Notes under the pieces: generated by a model
Told to the model about the DNA's origin: nothing
What the model saw: only the letters and a program-made list of their open reading frames with translations
Database searches by the model: none
Assembly: GCA_047617785.1 (NCBI GenBank)
Contig: JBLGBK010000007.1
Span: 1-47,501 of the forward strand
Source: Colwellia polaris
GTDB taxonomy: Archaea; Nanohalarchaeota; Nanosalinia; Nanosalinales; Nanosalinaceae
Reading direction: 5' to 3'
Length of the DNA: 47,501 bases
Made by a program: the position numbers and the translations under genes
Shown: one piece after another, positions 27,077-36,736 of the stretch
Layout of the letters: the number at the start of each line of letters is the position of its first letter
Position numbering within the stretch: position 1 is the stretch's first letter

Positions 27077-29232
27077 GAAAGAAAATAGCTCTAATGGCTC
27101 TTACAGCGCTTATAATACCCTCTGCACTTGCTTCATACCAGGTAACGGAAGTCACCGGCGATGAAGAGATAGCTGCCGGTGATGCGCTCAACTTCAAATT
27201 AAATACTACAGAAGAAGCAAACTATACTGCCGATCTTATAGACAGCAGCGGCGACGTAGTTTTCTCCAACAGCGAACTTCCATTCCTGAAAAATCAATCA
27301 GTTCAGAACGAAACACATTACATATATGGCTTCAACTACACTCTGAGCGAAGACGCCCGTGTAGGTAGCTGGAAATCATCGGCCTACAACGGATTTTCAC
27401 AAGTCAGCGAATATCGGTTTGAGGTGGTTGCTCAAGAACTAAGAATAGTAGAGACCGAATCATTCCCCTTCTTCAAGAATACGGATGATAATGTAATAAT
27501 CCAAACTAATGTAACGAACGCCGAGGAAGAAGTAGATAGCATATCTCTAACAGTTTCAAATACTTCAATTCAAGACTCAGAGATGCAGAAGGTACAAAGC
27601 ACAGACGCTATAGATACATATCAGTACAATACAGGAGAACTAGGCCAGGGAAGCTACAGTTATGACGTGAACTTACAAGGAAGCGAGGGAACGCAAAAAT
27701 CCGTCTCAAAAAACTTTGAAGTATACTCCAGCAACAGAGACGCGGATCATTCAGATATCAATGTAGGTATAGCCAGCCTCTGTGGAACCTCAGTTACACA
27801 GTTCAGACCACCTGGTGGAGGAATCCTACCTACCGGAAGAGAAGGATCTTTCCTACTAAGCTTCACAAACAACGCCAGCTCGACTTCCAACGTAACTGCA
27901 AGCCTCAACGTCACCTTTCAGAACGAAACAGAATGGAGTCCTGAAGACGGTCTTGAGGAGATAGGAAACCAGACAAACAAAACTTATGAGGCCATGAATG
28001 AGACAGATCTAACTCCCGCTAGCTCATTTTCCGCAGCTCGTACTTTTCCAAAGACTAATCAGACAGGTTACTACTTGGGTAGGCTTAAAGTCAATACAGA
28101 ATGCCGTATAACTGATGGAGCTATTCAGGATCCTATAGTCTATGGTACGCAGACAGCCAATACGACCGATTACGTCAATTTCCGAGTGCTAGTAGCTGGA
28201 GGAGATACAGGCGGAAGTGGAGAGCCAATAGAAGAACCTATTCCGAGAGACGCTAACCAGACAGGGGAAGAATCAAACGAAACTGTGGAAGGAGATAACG
28301 ATAATCCGGGGCAAACGCCGGTACCTGAGCCTGAACCGGTACCTGAGCCTGTACCTGACCCTATACCGGCGTTAAGCCTTAATATTGAAGCGGTGAACAG
28401 CAGTGTTTCCACGCCGAGAGGAGGATTTCAAGAAGTAGAACTAAGGCTAGAAAATCTTGCTAACGCATCTATAGAGAACCTAACCATAAGTCCTCAAATC
28501 AGCAATCTACCTGGTGATTGGGCATCTCAACAGGCTTCTGTATCAGAATTAAGCCCTAATGAAACCGCTAAAAGATCAATATTCCTTAATCCTTCCCAAA
28601 ATGTGCGGCCAGGTACGTACAGAGTAAGTATTTACGGTGGAAACGGCGAAAGACTTCTGGATGTTGAGCGAATAGACTTTACTGTATTTGAAAATACTAC
28701 GGAGTCCAGTATACGTATCTCGGAGGCGCCAGAAGTCGTCAGGATAAGCAGCGGTGAATCACAGACAATACCTTTACTTGTCGAAAACCTCGGGGAGGAG
28801 GCGGTAGAGAACTCTACATTGACAGTTCAGAACTTGGAGGACTGTGGTGAAGCCTCAGGAAGCTACAGCACAAGCATACAACCGAACTCTTCAGAATCTA
28901 TCAGTCTAAACATCACTTCTGTATCTGAACTACGCGAGTGTGATGCAACAATCATCGTTTCGACGCCTGAAGGATCTTACTCATTCGCTGATATGCGTGT
29001 AGAGGTTGTGCCTGATGAAGGTTTTGTACCTCCTGAACTCAGGTTTCCGATCTTTGCTACGGCATGGACGGTACTACTTATCCTTTACTCAGTTGTTATG
29101 ACTCGCTACAACCTGAACTCGCTGCGCTTAAAGATCCCATACCTAGTCTTGATTGTTGTAGAAGCAGTGATATTCCTGTACATAGCAACAGAGTTCTACG
29201 GAATAATACCACCGGAACTATTACCTTTCTAG
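27073..29232 (+). CDS. Large membrane-anchored multi-Ig (CARDB/NEW3-like) surface protein
   Basis: GTG start after GGAGG; signal peptide; LENLAN/VENLG and RPGTY Ig patterns; Pro-rich hinge; 2 C-terminal TM helices. Confidence 0.8.
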   Translation: MRKKIALMALTALIIPSALASYQVTEVTGDEEIAAGDALNFKLNTTEEANYTADLIDSSGDVVFSNSELPFLKNQSVQNETHYIYGFNYTLSEDARVGSWKSSAYNGFSQVSEYRFEVVAQELRIVETESFPFFKNTDDNVIIQTNVTNAEEEVDSISLTVSNTSIQDSEMQKVQSTDAIDTYQYNTGELGQGSYSYDVNLQGSEGTQKSVSKNFEVYSSNRDADHSDINVGIASLCGTSVTQFRPPGGGILPTGREGSFLLSFTNNASSTSNVTASLNVTFQNETEWSPEDGLEEIGNQTNKTYEAMNETDLTPASSFSAARTFPKTNQTGYYLGRLKVNTECRITDGAIQDPIVYGTQTANTTDYVNFRVLVAGGDTGGSGEPIEEPIPRDANQTGEESNETVEGDNDNPGQTPVPEPEPVPEPVPDPIPALSLNIEAVNSSVSTPRGGFQEVELRLENLANASIENLTISPQISNLPGDWASQQASVSELSPNETAKRSIFLNPSQNVRPGTYRVSIYGGNGERLLDVERIDFTVFENTTESSIRISEAPEVVRISSGESQTIPLLVENLGEEAVENSTLTVQNLEDCGEASGSYSTSIQPNSSESISLNITSVSELRECDATIIVSTPEGSYSFADMRVEVVPDEGFVPPELRFPIFATAWTVLLILYSVVMTRYNLNSLRLKIPYLVLIVVEAVIFLYIATEFYGIIPPELLPF
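28318..28368 (+). repeat. Coding tandem repeat for the PVPEPEPVPEPVPDPIP hinge
   Basis: CCGGTACCTGAGCCTG at 28318 and 28336, plus a degenerate third unit. Confidence 0.8.
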
Positions 29233-30669
29233 GCTTTTAACTGCTTCTTTACAGTTATCGATAAATTCATCTCTTTCAATATCTATTTTCTGGGTGTACT
29301 GCTGCTTGTTCAGCTTATTGAAAGAAGAAGCAATATTTTCCAGGCTTTCAGTATCTTCAGGTATTCTTTCAGCTAGTTCACTATATGTAAGCTCTTTTTT
29401 AATACCTAGCTCTCTTTCAAGATAGCCTTTCATTATATGAGCGGTTTTTACAACTGCCTCTTCACGATCCAGCTCCCGGTACTCTGAAAGAACATCCTCG
29501 AGCTTTTTCTCATCTAGATCCTGACTGGCCTCCTCTCCCTCTTCCTCATCGCTTTCAATCCGGGACTTCAGTTTATCCTTCATATCTGACAGTTTGTTGG
29601 AAGAGTCTTCTTCCTCTTCTTCGTCTTCTCCTTTTCCAGCTCCCATAAGCATCTGTAGATCTTCTTCAGCTTCTTCCTTTATCTCTTCCTGAGACTTCTC
29701 ATCTTCATCATCGCTTGTCTCTGTTATCTCAGATGTTTCCGCTTCTTCATCACTTTGATCCCGAAGTTCGCTGTTTATCTTCTTCAAATCCTCAGTGCTC
29801 GCTTCTCTAAGCCCCTCTTCATCCATACCTTCTGACTTGAGAAAGCTGATTATCTCGTCTCGTTCCTCCTTCTCATCTCTTATCTTCTTTAGTTCATTCA
29901 GAGATATATTCTGTAAATCCGAATCTGAGAAATCTCCGTCCAGAGATGCAGCCACCTCTCTTTTCTCCTTAAGATCTTCGCTAATATCATCTTCTTTGTT
30001 TTCAGCATCTTCATCTTCATCATTCTCTTCCTGAGACTTTTCCTCACTGGTTTCATCTGTCTCTTCATTATCTGTTTCGTTATCCTCTTCTGCGGGAGGT
30101 TCTGTCTGCTCACTGTGACTCTGTAGCCGGTTGATATCTTTTTCCAGCTCTTCTATATTCTCTTCAGCTTCCTCCATGTCTTTTTCCAGCTCTTCCCTAT
30201 TGATAGTACGTTTTATAAGAGAGATAGCCTCTTCTCTGTCGTTGATCTTTCTTTCTGCTTCCAGAAGCTTCTTCAAACCTTCTTTCTTAGGATGATGCTT
30301 CTCCAAAAAATCTTCCATTTCTGATACGCTACCTGCCATCAGATCAATAATATCTTCGCTATCCAGTTTATCGAAGCCAGAATTTGTATAATCGAGATCC
30401 TCGATATCCTGAACTCTTTTTAATGCCTTCTCTAGATCTTCTACATCTTTTTCTGCAGCGCTTAATTCAGTGGAAACCTTTGAACGCTTGATTTCTCTTT
30501 CAAAAAGTTTAACCACTTCTTCTCTGTCCTGACTTCCTTCTTCTGCGCCTTTCAGTTCTTCAAGTTCTTTATCTGAGAAATCTCTGCTTTTAACTTCGTC
30601 CTCTATATTTTCTGCGGACTGGTTCAGCAATGAAACCGCTTCTGTAATATCAAGTTTTTCGTTGCTCAT
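29221..30669 (-). CDS. Very acidic helical/coiled-coil protein with internal repeats; last gene of the MoxR operon
   Basis: Duplicated helical units; C-terminal KGYLERELGIKKELTYSEL domain reminiscent of DUF4129/Bat-operon accessory domains. Confidence 0.7.
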   Translation of the reverse strand: MSNEKLDITEAVSLLNQSAENIEDEVKSRDFSDKELEELKGAEEGSQDREEVVKLFEREIKRSKVSTELSAAEKDVEDLEKALKRVQDIEDLDYTNSGFDKLDSEDIIDLMAGSVSEMEDFLEKHHPKKEGLKKLLEAERKINDREEAISLIKRTINREELEKDMEEAEENIEELEKDINRLQSHSEQTEPPAEEDNETDNEETDETSEEKSQEENDEDEDAENKEDDISEDLKEKREVAASLDGDFSDSDLQNISLNELKKIRDEKEERDEIISFLKSEGMDEEGLREASTEDLKKINSELRDQSDEEAETSEITETSDDEDEKSQEEIKEEAEEDLQMLMGAGKGEDEEEEEDSSNKLSDMKDKLKSRIESDEEEGEEASQDLDEKKLEDVLSEYRELDREEAVVKTAHIMKGYLERELGIKKELTYSELAERIPEDTESLENIASSFNKLNKQQYTQKIDIERDEFIDNCKEAVKSLER

Positions 30670-30695
30670 ACAGTTTACTTATTCTCCCCCCGGTA

Positions 30696-31643
30696 TTAAG
30701 GTATTACCTCGACCCCGGTACTCTTCAGAAGCCATTCTATCAACAGGAGTACACAGCCCGCCAAGATAAAGAAGTTTGAAAGATTTGTTCTCACATCTTC
30801 TTGCTCTATACCTACAAATTCTGGATCTACTTTGGTGCTCTCTGTTACTAGAATAGATTCTCCTCCAGTCTGGTTAGAAAGCCGATTAAGCTCTTCTATA
30901 TCCAGATTGTCGAAACCAGCTCTTGTAGCGTTATTACCTTCTATAATGCCGTATTCATCCTGTTCCTCGCTTGTACCTAGGCCGATAGTGTAAACAGATA
31001 TGTTTGACTCCTGAGCATAACGGATTGATTTATTTATAGAGCTACCTACGTTGTTTGCGCCGTCGGTAAGTAGTATAACCTTTTTATCTCCTTCTCTGCT
31101 GTCGAGTAATGAACCGGAGCTTATAATTGCGTCGCCAATAGCTGTGCCAGCAGTTTCACCGATTGTAATATTTTCAATAACTCTTCTTTTCTGTTCAAGG
31201 TCCTGCGAAATCTCTGACTCTGTCTGAACGCTACCGGAATACGAAATAATGCCAAGAGAGGTTTCATTGGTCATATCGTCGATAACTCCCTGGCTGATCT
31301 GCTTGGCTGCATCGAAACGCGTCGGCTCTATATCTGTAGTAAACATTGAGGACGAAGAATCAAGCGCTATAACATAGTTTGCATCCGCCACCATATCCTC
31401 CTGCACAAGCTGTGGGCCAGAAATACCGGCTATCAGAGAGGTGACGGCAAGAAGTTTCACTACTGTAAGAATATTGCTTGAACGGATGAACTTGCCGCCA
31501 GCAACTTTCTGAAGAGTATCATAGTTTCCGAAAGTCATTGCACGAGCCTTTTTTGACTGGCGAGCGTAGATAGTTACAGCAATAATTAAACCAAGTATTA
31601 AACCGAGTAATCCTGCGTACTGGTTGGAAAAAACTACGTCCAT
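30696..31643 (-). CDS. BatA-like membrane vWA domain protein
   Basis: N-terminal double TM, MIDAS DSSSS, PTRF, GTAIGDA, LLTDG, C-terminal TM LLLIEW. Confidence 0.9.
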   Translation of the reverse strand: MDVVFSNQYAGLLGLILGLIIAVTIYARQSKKARAMTFGNYDTLQKVAGGKFIRSSNILTVVKLLAVTSLIAGISGPQLVQEDMVADANYVIALDSSSSMFTTDIEPTRFDAAKQISQGVIDDMTNETSLGIISYSGSVQTESEISQDLEQKRRVIENITIGETAGTAIGDAIISSGSLLDSREGDKKVILLTDGANNVGSSINKSIRYAQESNISVYTIGLGTSEEQDEYGIIEGNNATRAGFDNLDIEELNRLSNQTGGESILVTESTKVDPEFVGIEQEDVRTNLSNFFILAGCVLLLIEWLLKSTGVEVIP

Positions 31644-31645
31644 CT

Positions 31646-32533
31646 CTACCAGCCACCCCCACTCTCATCGAAGAACTCTGCGAACGCAGCTGAGAACTCG
31701 TCTCGCGTATCTACTTTGATGAAGCTGCTTCCGCCACCTTCAATGTTCGCTTTGACCTCTTCTTCCTGCTTCTTGGCTTCTTTCTCGTACTTTTCTTTAA
31801 TCTTTGAAGTATTTACAACCATCTGTTGGTCTCCGTTAGGTGACTGGAAGCGCATATTACCATTCTCTGGAAGCTTGTAGTCTCTGAGGTCTTTCACCAT
31901 GATTGACATGACGTGGCGGAATTTCTGTGATGCGATTTGCATCTTTGCCTTCCATTCTCCTTTGGTATCTATGAAATCCGATATTATGAATATAGCTGTG
32001 TTCGCCTTGATCTGGCCAACAGTAGCCTCTAATGCTTCTTCTAGGTTGAATTTCCCACCGTAGTTCTCGAATTTGGTGACTTCATTCAGTACTTTTTGGT
32101 ATTGTCCCTGTCCTCCGTCAGGAGTCATAGTGATCTCGTCCTCGCCAAACATTCCGAATCCCGCGTTAATACCGTTGTCGATGGAGGCATATGCGAGTGC
32201 GGCGGCGACTACAGCTGCGTATTCTGACTTCAGTTTTTCAGAAGTACCGAACATCATTGAGTCGGAAGCATCTAGGACGATGAAAACATCCATGTCGTGT
32301 TCCTCTTCGTATTCTTTTACGTAGAGTTCCTGTGTAGAAGCTGAGTTTTTCCAGTCAATCCTTGATGCATCGTCGGTCACCATGTACTGCCGGAGGTCTG
32401 AGAACTCGATTCCGGAGGCCTGAAACTGTTCCTTGTACTTCATGGCGAACCGGAACATCTCCGATACTCGCTTCACCTGTGCATCCACCTTTGAGGTAAG
32501 GTCTTCCTCTCCGATGAATTCTTTCCTCTTCAT
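31646..32533 (-). CDS. DUF58 family protein
   Basis: GIEFSDLRQY..DDASRIDWK, VKEYEEE, LDASDSM.FG, IISDF. Confidence 0.93.
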   Translation of the reverse strand: MKRKEFIGEEDLTSKVDAQVKRVSEMFRFAMKYKEQFQASGIEFSDLRQYMVTDDASRIDWKNSASTQELYVKEYEEEHDMDVFIVLDASDSMMFGTSEKLKSEYAAVVAAALAYASIDNGINAGFGMFGEDEITMTPDGGQGQYQKVLNEVTKFENYGGKFNLEEALEATVGQIKANTAIFIISDFIDTKGEWKAKMQIASQKFRHVMSIMVKDLRDYKLPENGNMRFQSPNGDQQMVVNTSKIKEKYEKEAKKQEEEVKANIEGGGSSFIKVDTRDEFSAAFAEFFDESGGGW

Positions 32534-33544
32534 CTATCTCACCGGCACAGTCCCGACAATATCATCTATAATATCTTTAACATCAATACCCTGCGCCTCG
32601 CCCTCATAGTTTAACAGAATTCTGTGGATGAAAACAGGTTCAATAACTGCACGGATGTCCTCCGGTGTTACATAGTGGCGTTTGTTGTAAAGTGCGTGTG
32701 CACGAGCACCTAAAGCAAGGTTAATACTGGCTCTAGGTGTACAGCCCCATTCAATATACTTACCATAATCCAGTCCGTAATCTTCAGGATTCCTTGAACA
32801 GTCAACTAGGTCAACAATATATTCCTTGATTTCTTGGCTTACCGTAACCTGCTTCGAAAACTCCTGAATATCTAATACATCCTGCTTAGAAACAACCGGG
32901 TGAACATCGAAGTCCTCATCATCCATGATATTGGCATTCATATCGATAATCTTCTGCTCATTAACCTTCTTCGGATAGTCAAGATATATCTTGAACAGGA
33001 AACGGTCGATCTGCGCCTCAGGAAGCGGATAAGTACCTCCCTGCTCAGTAGGATTCTGAGTGGCCAGTGTAAAGAACGGTTCAGGTAGATGGAACGTCTC
33101 ATCACCGATCGATACTTTGTGCTCCTGCATAGCTTCAAGCATAGCACTCTGAACCTTTGGGGGTGCACGGTTAATTTCATCTGCGAGAATGAAGTTTGCG
33201 AAGATTGGTCCTTTCTCAACGTAAAATCCTTTGTCTTCGTTGTATGCTTCTACTCCGACAATATCTGAAGGTAGTAGGTCTGGTGTGAACTGGACTCTGT
33301 GAAATTCTGTTCCCTCAACAACTCGTCCTAATTGTTCTACAAGTAAAGATTTACCAAGTCCGGGAACTCCTTCCAAGAGAACGTTTCCTCCAGCTACGAC
33401 AGTCAATAGTACTTTGTTAATGACATCTTCCTGTCCGATGTAGCCTTTCTGAATCTCTTTCTCCATAGTTCGGATCATCTCACCGAACTTATCGGCCTTC
33501 TCACTCATCTCCTCATCCGACAAATCTGCATACTTACTAACCAT
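32534..33544 (-). CDS. moxR: MoxR-family AAA+ ATPase
   Basis: LLEGVPGLGKS, QFTPDLLPSD, LADEINRAPPKVQSA, ATQNP.EQ.GTYPLPEAQIDRF; start set at 33544. Confidence 0.95.
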   Translation of the reverse strand: MVSKYADLSDEEMSEKADKFGEMIRTMEKEIQKGYIGQEDVINKVLLTVVAGGNVLLEGVPGLGKSLLVEQLGRVVEGTEFHRVQFTPDLLPSDIVGVEAYNEDKGFYVEKGPIFANFILADEINRAPPKVQSAMLEAMQEHKVSIGDETFHLPEPFFTLATQNPTEQGGTYPLPEAQIDRFLFKIYLDYPKKVNEQKIIDMNANIMDDEDFDVHPVVSKQDVLDIQEFSKQVTVSQEIKEYIVDLVDCSRNPEDYGLDYGKYIEWGCTPRASINLALGARAHALYNKRHYVTPEDIRAVIEPVFIHRILLNYEGEAQGIDVKDIIDDIVGTVPVR

Positions 33545-33655
33545 ACAAACAATAGATGTTCTGTCTCTGAATAAAAAGACTATCAACGTATGAATTCTAG
33601 GTTCTAGTTTAGTTGTTCAAGAAAAGAAAAAAGAGAAATAAATGAAGTTTAGGAT

Positions 33656-34795
33656 TCAGTAGTTTGTAACATCGTAATCTGATGTTACGTGGAAGGTAAG
33701 ATCTCCTGTCTGTACTGATCCCTGTGGTACTCCCTGTGGTACTTCGATTGCTGTATCAACGATGAACTGTTCTCCTGGGAGAAGCATGTCGTCAGCTGTT
33801 GCCGTACTTAGTAGGAACTGTGTCTGACTTCCTGCGCTGTCTCCACTGTCTGCTGCTGCAGCTGTTATATCTGGAACATCTCCAGCTCTAACGTTGTAAC
33901 GCGTTCTGATGAGATGTGGGTCTTCTCCTGAAGTTCCCATCTCACATCTTGTTAGAAGATCGTAGGTTCGAGTCACTGTTGATCCGTCTACTTCGAAGTC
34001 TAGACTTACTGCTGATTGTGTAAGTCCGTATTCTCCGTTTGTTGGCTCAAGCTGGTATGTTGAGTAGTCTCCGCTGTTGTCTGATGTGAAGTCTACTGTT
34101 CCAAAGCTGCTTGAGCTGTGAACGCTGTTTCCTATACGAAGTTCTGCGTTCTGTGAACCGTCACAGACGTCGTTTGATGAACCGGTTACGACTGTGTAGA
34201 AGTACCATTCGTCTCCTGCTCTGATTCTTCCTACGTAAGTGTCTGCTGCGGTATCTCCGCTTAGAGATTCACTTGGTGATGCTCTAATGTAGGATGGAAT
34301 CTGGTTCGTAGAGTTGGACCATGATGCTGAGAACTCGTGTCGGTTGACGTAGTGATAAACTTGATCGTCTCCGTTGATTCCTGATGGTGTAGCGTTGTTT
34401 GGCTTAACCTGTAGGAAGTTCGCAGCATTGTAGTTGTTAGGGTTTCCTGTACCGAATGGATCATTACTCATGTCGGTTGCTTCTACCCAAACTCTATCGA
34501 TGTACTCGGAACCGATGTTCTCAAGTGTGAATGAACCGAAGATATTGTCTCCTGTTGTTTCTTCAGTTACCTGTCCTCCAACTTCCAAACTTGGGAAGTT
34601 TAGAGAATTAGGCTTTACGTCGATAGCGGTAGTGCTTGCAATTCCTACATCTATTGATGAGCCTTCGCTTGTAGTGTTGTCATTATCACTACTGTTGATC
34701 TGGCTGTCTTGTTCAAGAGTTTGTGCGGCTCCTGAGAAGGTCATTCCTAGTACGAGCAGTGCGAGTACTGTGGTTGTTGCTAGTTGTTTTTTCAT
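33656..34795 (-). CDS. Secreted, probably abundant structural subunit (candidate major pilin/surface protein)
   Basis: Signal peptide, no C-terminal TM, perfect GGAGGTGA RBS, long leader, T-rich terminator; codon usage looks like the ribosomal protein genes by eye. Confidence 0.7.
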   Translation of the reverse strand: MKKQLATTTVLALLVLGMTFSGAAQTLEQDSQINSSDNDNTTSEGSSIDVGIASTTAIDVKPNSLNFPSLEVGGQVTEETTGDNIFGSFTLENIGSEYIDRVWVEATDMSNDPFGTGNPNNYNAANFLQVKPNNATPSGINGDDQVYHYVNRHEFSASWSNSTNQIPSYIRASPSESLSGDTAADTYVGRIRAGDEWYFYTVVTGSSNDVCDGSQNAELRIGNSVHSSSSFGTVDFTSDNSGDYSTYQLEPTNGEYGLTQSAVSLDFEVDGSTVTRTYDLLTRCEMGTSGEDPHLIRTRYNVRAGDVPDITAAAADSGDSAGSQTQFLLSTATADDMLLPGEQFIVDTAIEVPQGVPQGSVQTGDLTFHVTSDYDVTNY

Positions 34796-35049
34796 ATTGT
34801 CACCTCCATGTCATCGATTGGGGATTTTGAGTTACCAGCCCTATAGGGTTGGGATTTGTCAGTCTCAAAAGCTTTCTGATCTGTAATCCCGGGAAATGCT
34901 GGTTGAAGAATAGAAATAGAGCTGTGAAGGGAGCGTACGAATTCAATGGTTGGTGTAAGTTGCGTCATAGATGGTTACACTTAATTTTTGTACTTGTCAA
35001 CCCGATGCTCCCCCTTGTAGAAAACAGTTTCCGGAAGCTTGTATAAAAA
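34796..35049 (-). promoter_or_regulatory. Promoter plus ~220-nt structured 5' leader of the 379-aa subunit gene
   Basis: TTTTTATA on the minus strand at 35049-35042; stems GGGAGC/GCTCCC, GTGTAA/TTACAC, TTTTGAG/CTCAAAA; RBS at 34800-34807. Confidence 0.55.
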
Positions 35050-35133
35050 GCTTCATGTCTGAAACCTGGTTTTAATCCCTGTTCTTTACCCGTTAAAACC
35101 TATTAAATACGGGTCCACCCCAATAATATAGTT

Positions 35134-36246
35134 ATGAGAAAGCTAGTAATTGCGCTGTTACTGATAGGCATGATTTCAAGCGTTTCAGCACAATCAACAG
35201 GGGCTGCGCCTAGTTTACAGAGTTTAGGCGATGTTCAACCAGGCCAAACTGTTCAAGCTACTATTTATGTAACAGGAACTAGCTATGAAGAACCTTATGC
35301 TATTAAACCTGAAGCAGTTGAACCTTTGGCAAGCAAATTCCTCGATGCTTCTAGTTCTCCAATACCTGTACAAAGTTATTCGGAGGAATCTACTGTAGAA
35401 TGGGTATCTTTCGATCAAGAAACATATACTATCGATCCGACTAACTCCACTCCGTACGTACTTCCTAATGGAGCAGAAGTCAACGCTAACGGGGAGCTTA
35501 CATTAACAGTAAGAATTCCTAATGATGCAGAACCAGGATGGCACTCGGGAGCTGTGCAGCTAAACCCTCAAACAGGAGGAGGCACTGGGTTCGGAGCTTC
35601 TGCAAGAACAGTGTCTCAACCAACATTCGTATTTAATGTACAGACAGCGGAAGAACCAGAAAGGCTGCTCGAAGTGGTAGATGCGAGAGGAATACGTACT
35701 GGTGAAAATACAGCCCGAATAGATATGAGAATAGCAAATAGAGGAACGGTCACAACCACTATAAGGAACTCAGATATCGATGTCCTCGACCGTATAAATA
35801 ATCAAAAGATTGGAGAGCTTTCTTTAGGCTTTCAGTCTTTGGAACCCGGACGCAGCCAAGTAGTATCTACAAGCTTTAATTCTGAGGCTATAAGCCAAGG
35901 AAGCTACGTTTTGAATGGTTCAATAGATTATAGTTCATCTAGGGCTTTCGCAGGACAACAAACTTTTGCTCTTTCAAGCCAGATTCAAGAAGATCCGGAA
36001 AGCCCAGATAGCTTCAATGACGAGAATAACAGCAATGCAGAAGGATCCGGAACGCCGATGTGGCTTGTAGGACTTTTCATACTCGTAATATCAGCAGTTA
36101 TGTACTCATTTGGATTTGACCTTTTCTGGATACTGGTAGCGGCTGGTTTCCTAGGTATCGCATTGTTCATAGTCTTGACGCCAGTTCCAATCTGGATGCT
36201 TATAGTACTTTTAACAACGCCGGTGATAATTCTATACTATGCTTGA
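35134..36246 (+). CDS. Two-Ig-domain membrane-anchored protein, DUF916/WxLIP-like
   Basis: Signal peptide; VQPGQT...EWVSF...TVRIPNDAEPGWHSGAV; second domain IANRGTV...LEPG...GSY; C-terminal TM bundle. Confidence 0.6.
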   Translation: MRKLVIALLLIGMISSVSAQSTGAAPSLQSLGDVQPGQTVQATIYVTGTSYEEPYAIKPEAVEPLASKFLDASSSPIPVQSYSEESTVEWVSFDQETYTIDPTNSTPYVLPNGAEVNANGELTLTVRIPNDAEPGWHSGAVQLNPQTGGGTGFGASARTVSQPTFVFNVQTAEEPERLLEVVDARGIRTGENTARIDMRIANRGTVTTTIRNSDIDVLDRINNQKIGELSLGFQSLEPGRSQVVSTSFNSEAISQGSYVLNGSIDYSSSRAFAGQQTFALSSQIQEDPESPDSFNDENNSNAEGSGTPMWLVGLFILVISAVMYSFGFDLFWILVAAGFLGIALFIVLTPVPIWMLIVLLTTPVIILYYA

Positions 36247-36736
36247 AGACGAAAAGATTAACTCCGACTGGGAATCAGACTTTCCTGTAGAACCAAAATA
36301 CATGCTGGTCGGAGCGGCCGCGCTACTAGCAGTAACGCTATTTGCATTACCTTTCGTCATGGATGCATACCTTCTAGAAAAGAAGCAAGCATCGTTTAAT
36401 ACTTCTGCAGAAGTAATACCAAACGGTTCTCCAGGTGTAAATACTGAAAATAACTCTCTTGACTTTGGCCGTATGATTGAAGACAAAATGAACTTCACAA
36501 GAAGTATTCCTGTTGAAACAGGCAGAGACACCTTAGTACTACTGGATATAAGCGGCAATATAACAGATCATCTTGATTACCAACGAATACATCGATTCAA
36601 CAACTCCAAGTCTATAGATATACGTATGATAGCCAACGAATCAGGCAATTATACTGGAACAATCAATGTAAACATTCAGGCAGCAAACAGGACAGGAGGT
36701 TCAGCATGGCTAGATATAAAGCAGGAATTCTACTAA
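36239..36736 (+). CDS. Membrane-anchored small pilin-like/Ig protein
   Basis: Uncleaved N-terminal TM; SLDFGRM and SGNYTGTINV motifs. Confidence 0.65.
   Translation: MLEDEKINSDWESDFPVEPKYMLVGAAALLAVTLFALPFVMDAYLLEKKQASFNTSAEVIPNGSPGVNTENNSLDFGRMIEDKMNFTRSIPVETGRDTLVLLDISGNITDHLDYQRIHRFNNSKSIDIRMIANESGNYTGTINVNIQAANRTGGSAWLDIKQEFY

Noticed and set aside
33719-33743. 12-bp tandem duplication TCCCTGTGGTAC
   Set aside because: Simply encodes VPQG-VPQG; two copies only, not a CRISPR or contingency repeat
33656-34795. Canonical haloarchaeal S-layer glycoprotein
   Set aside because: No Thr-rich spacer, PGF motif or C-terminal TM, and it is much smaller; a non-canonical S-layer is not fully excluded
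34849-35046. 65-aa ORF in the divergent spacer
   Set aside because: Basic composition unlike the host proteome, no RBS, and it overlaps the predicted structured leader
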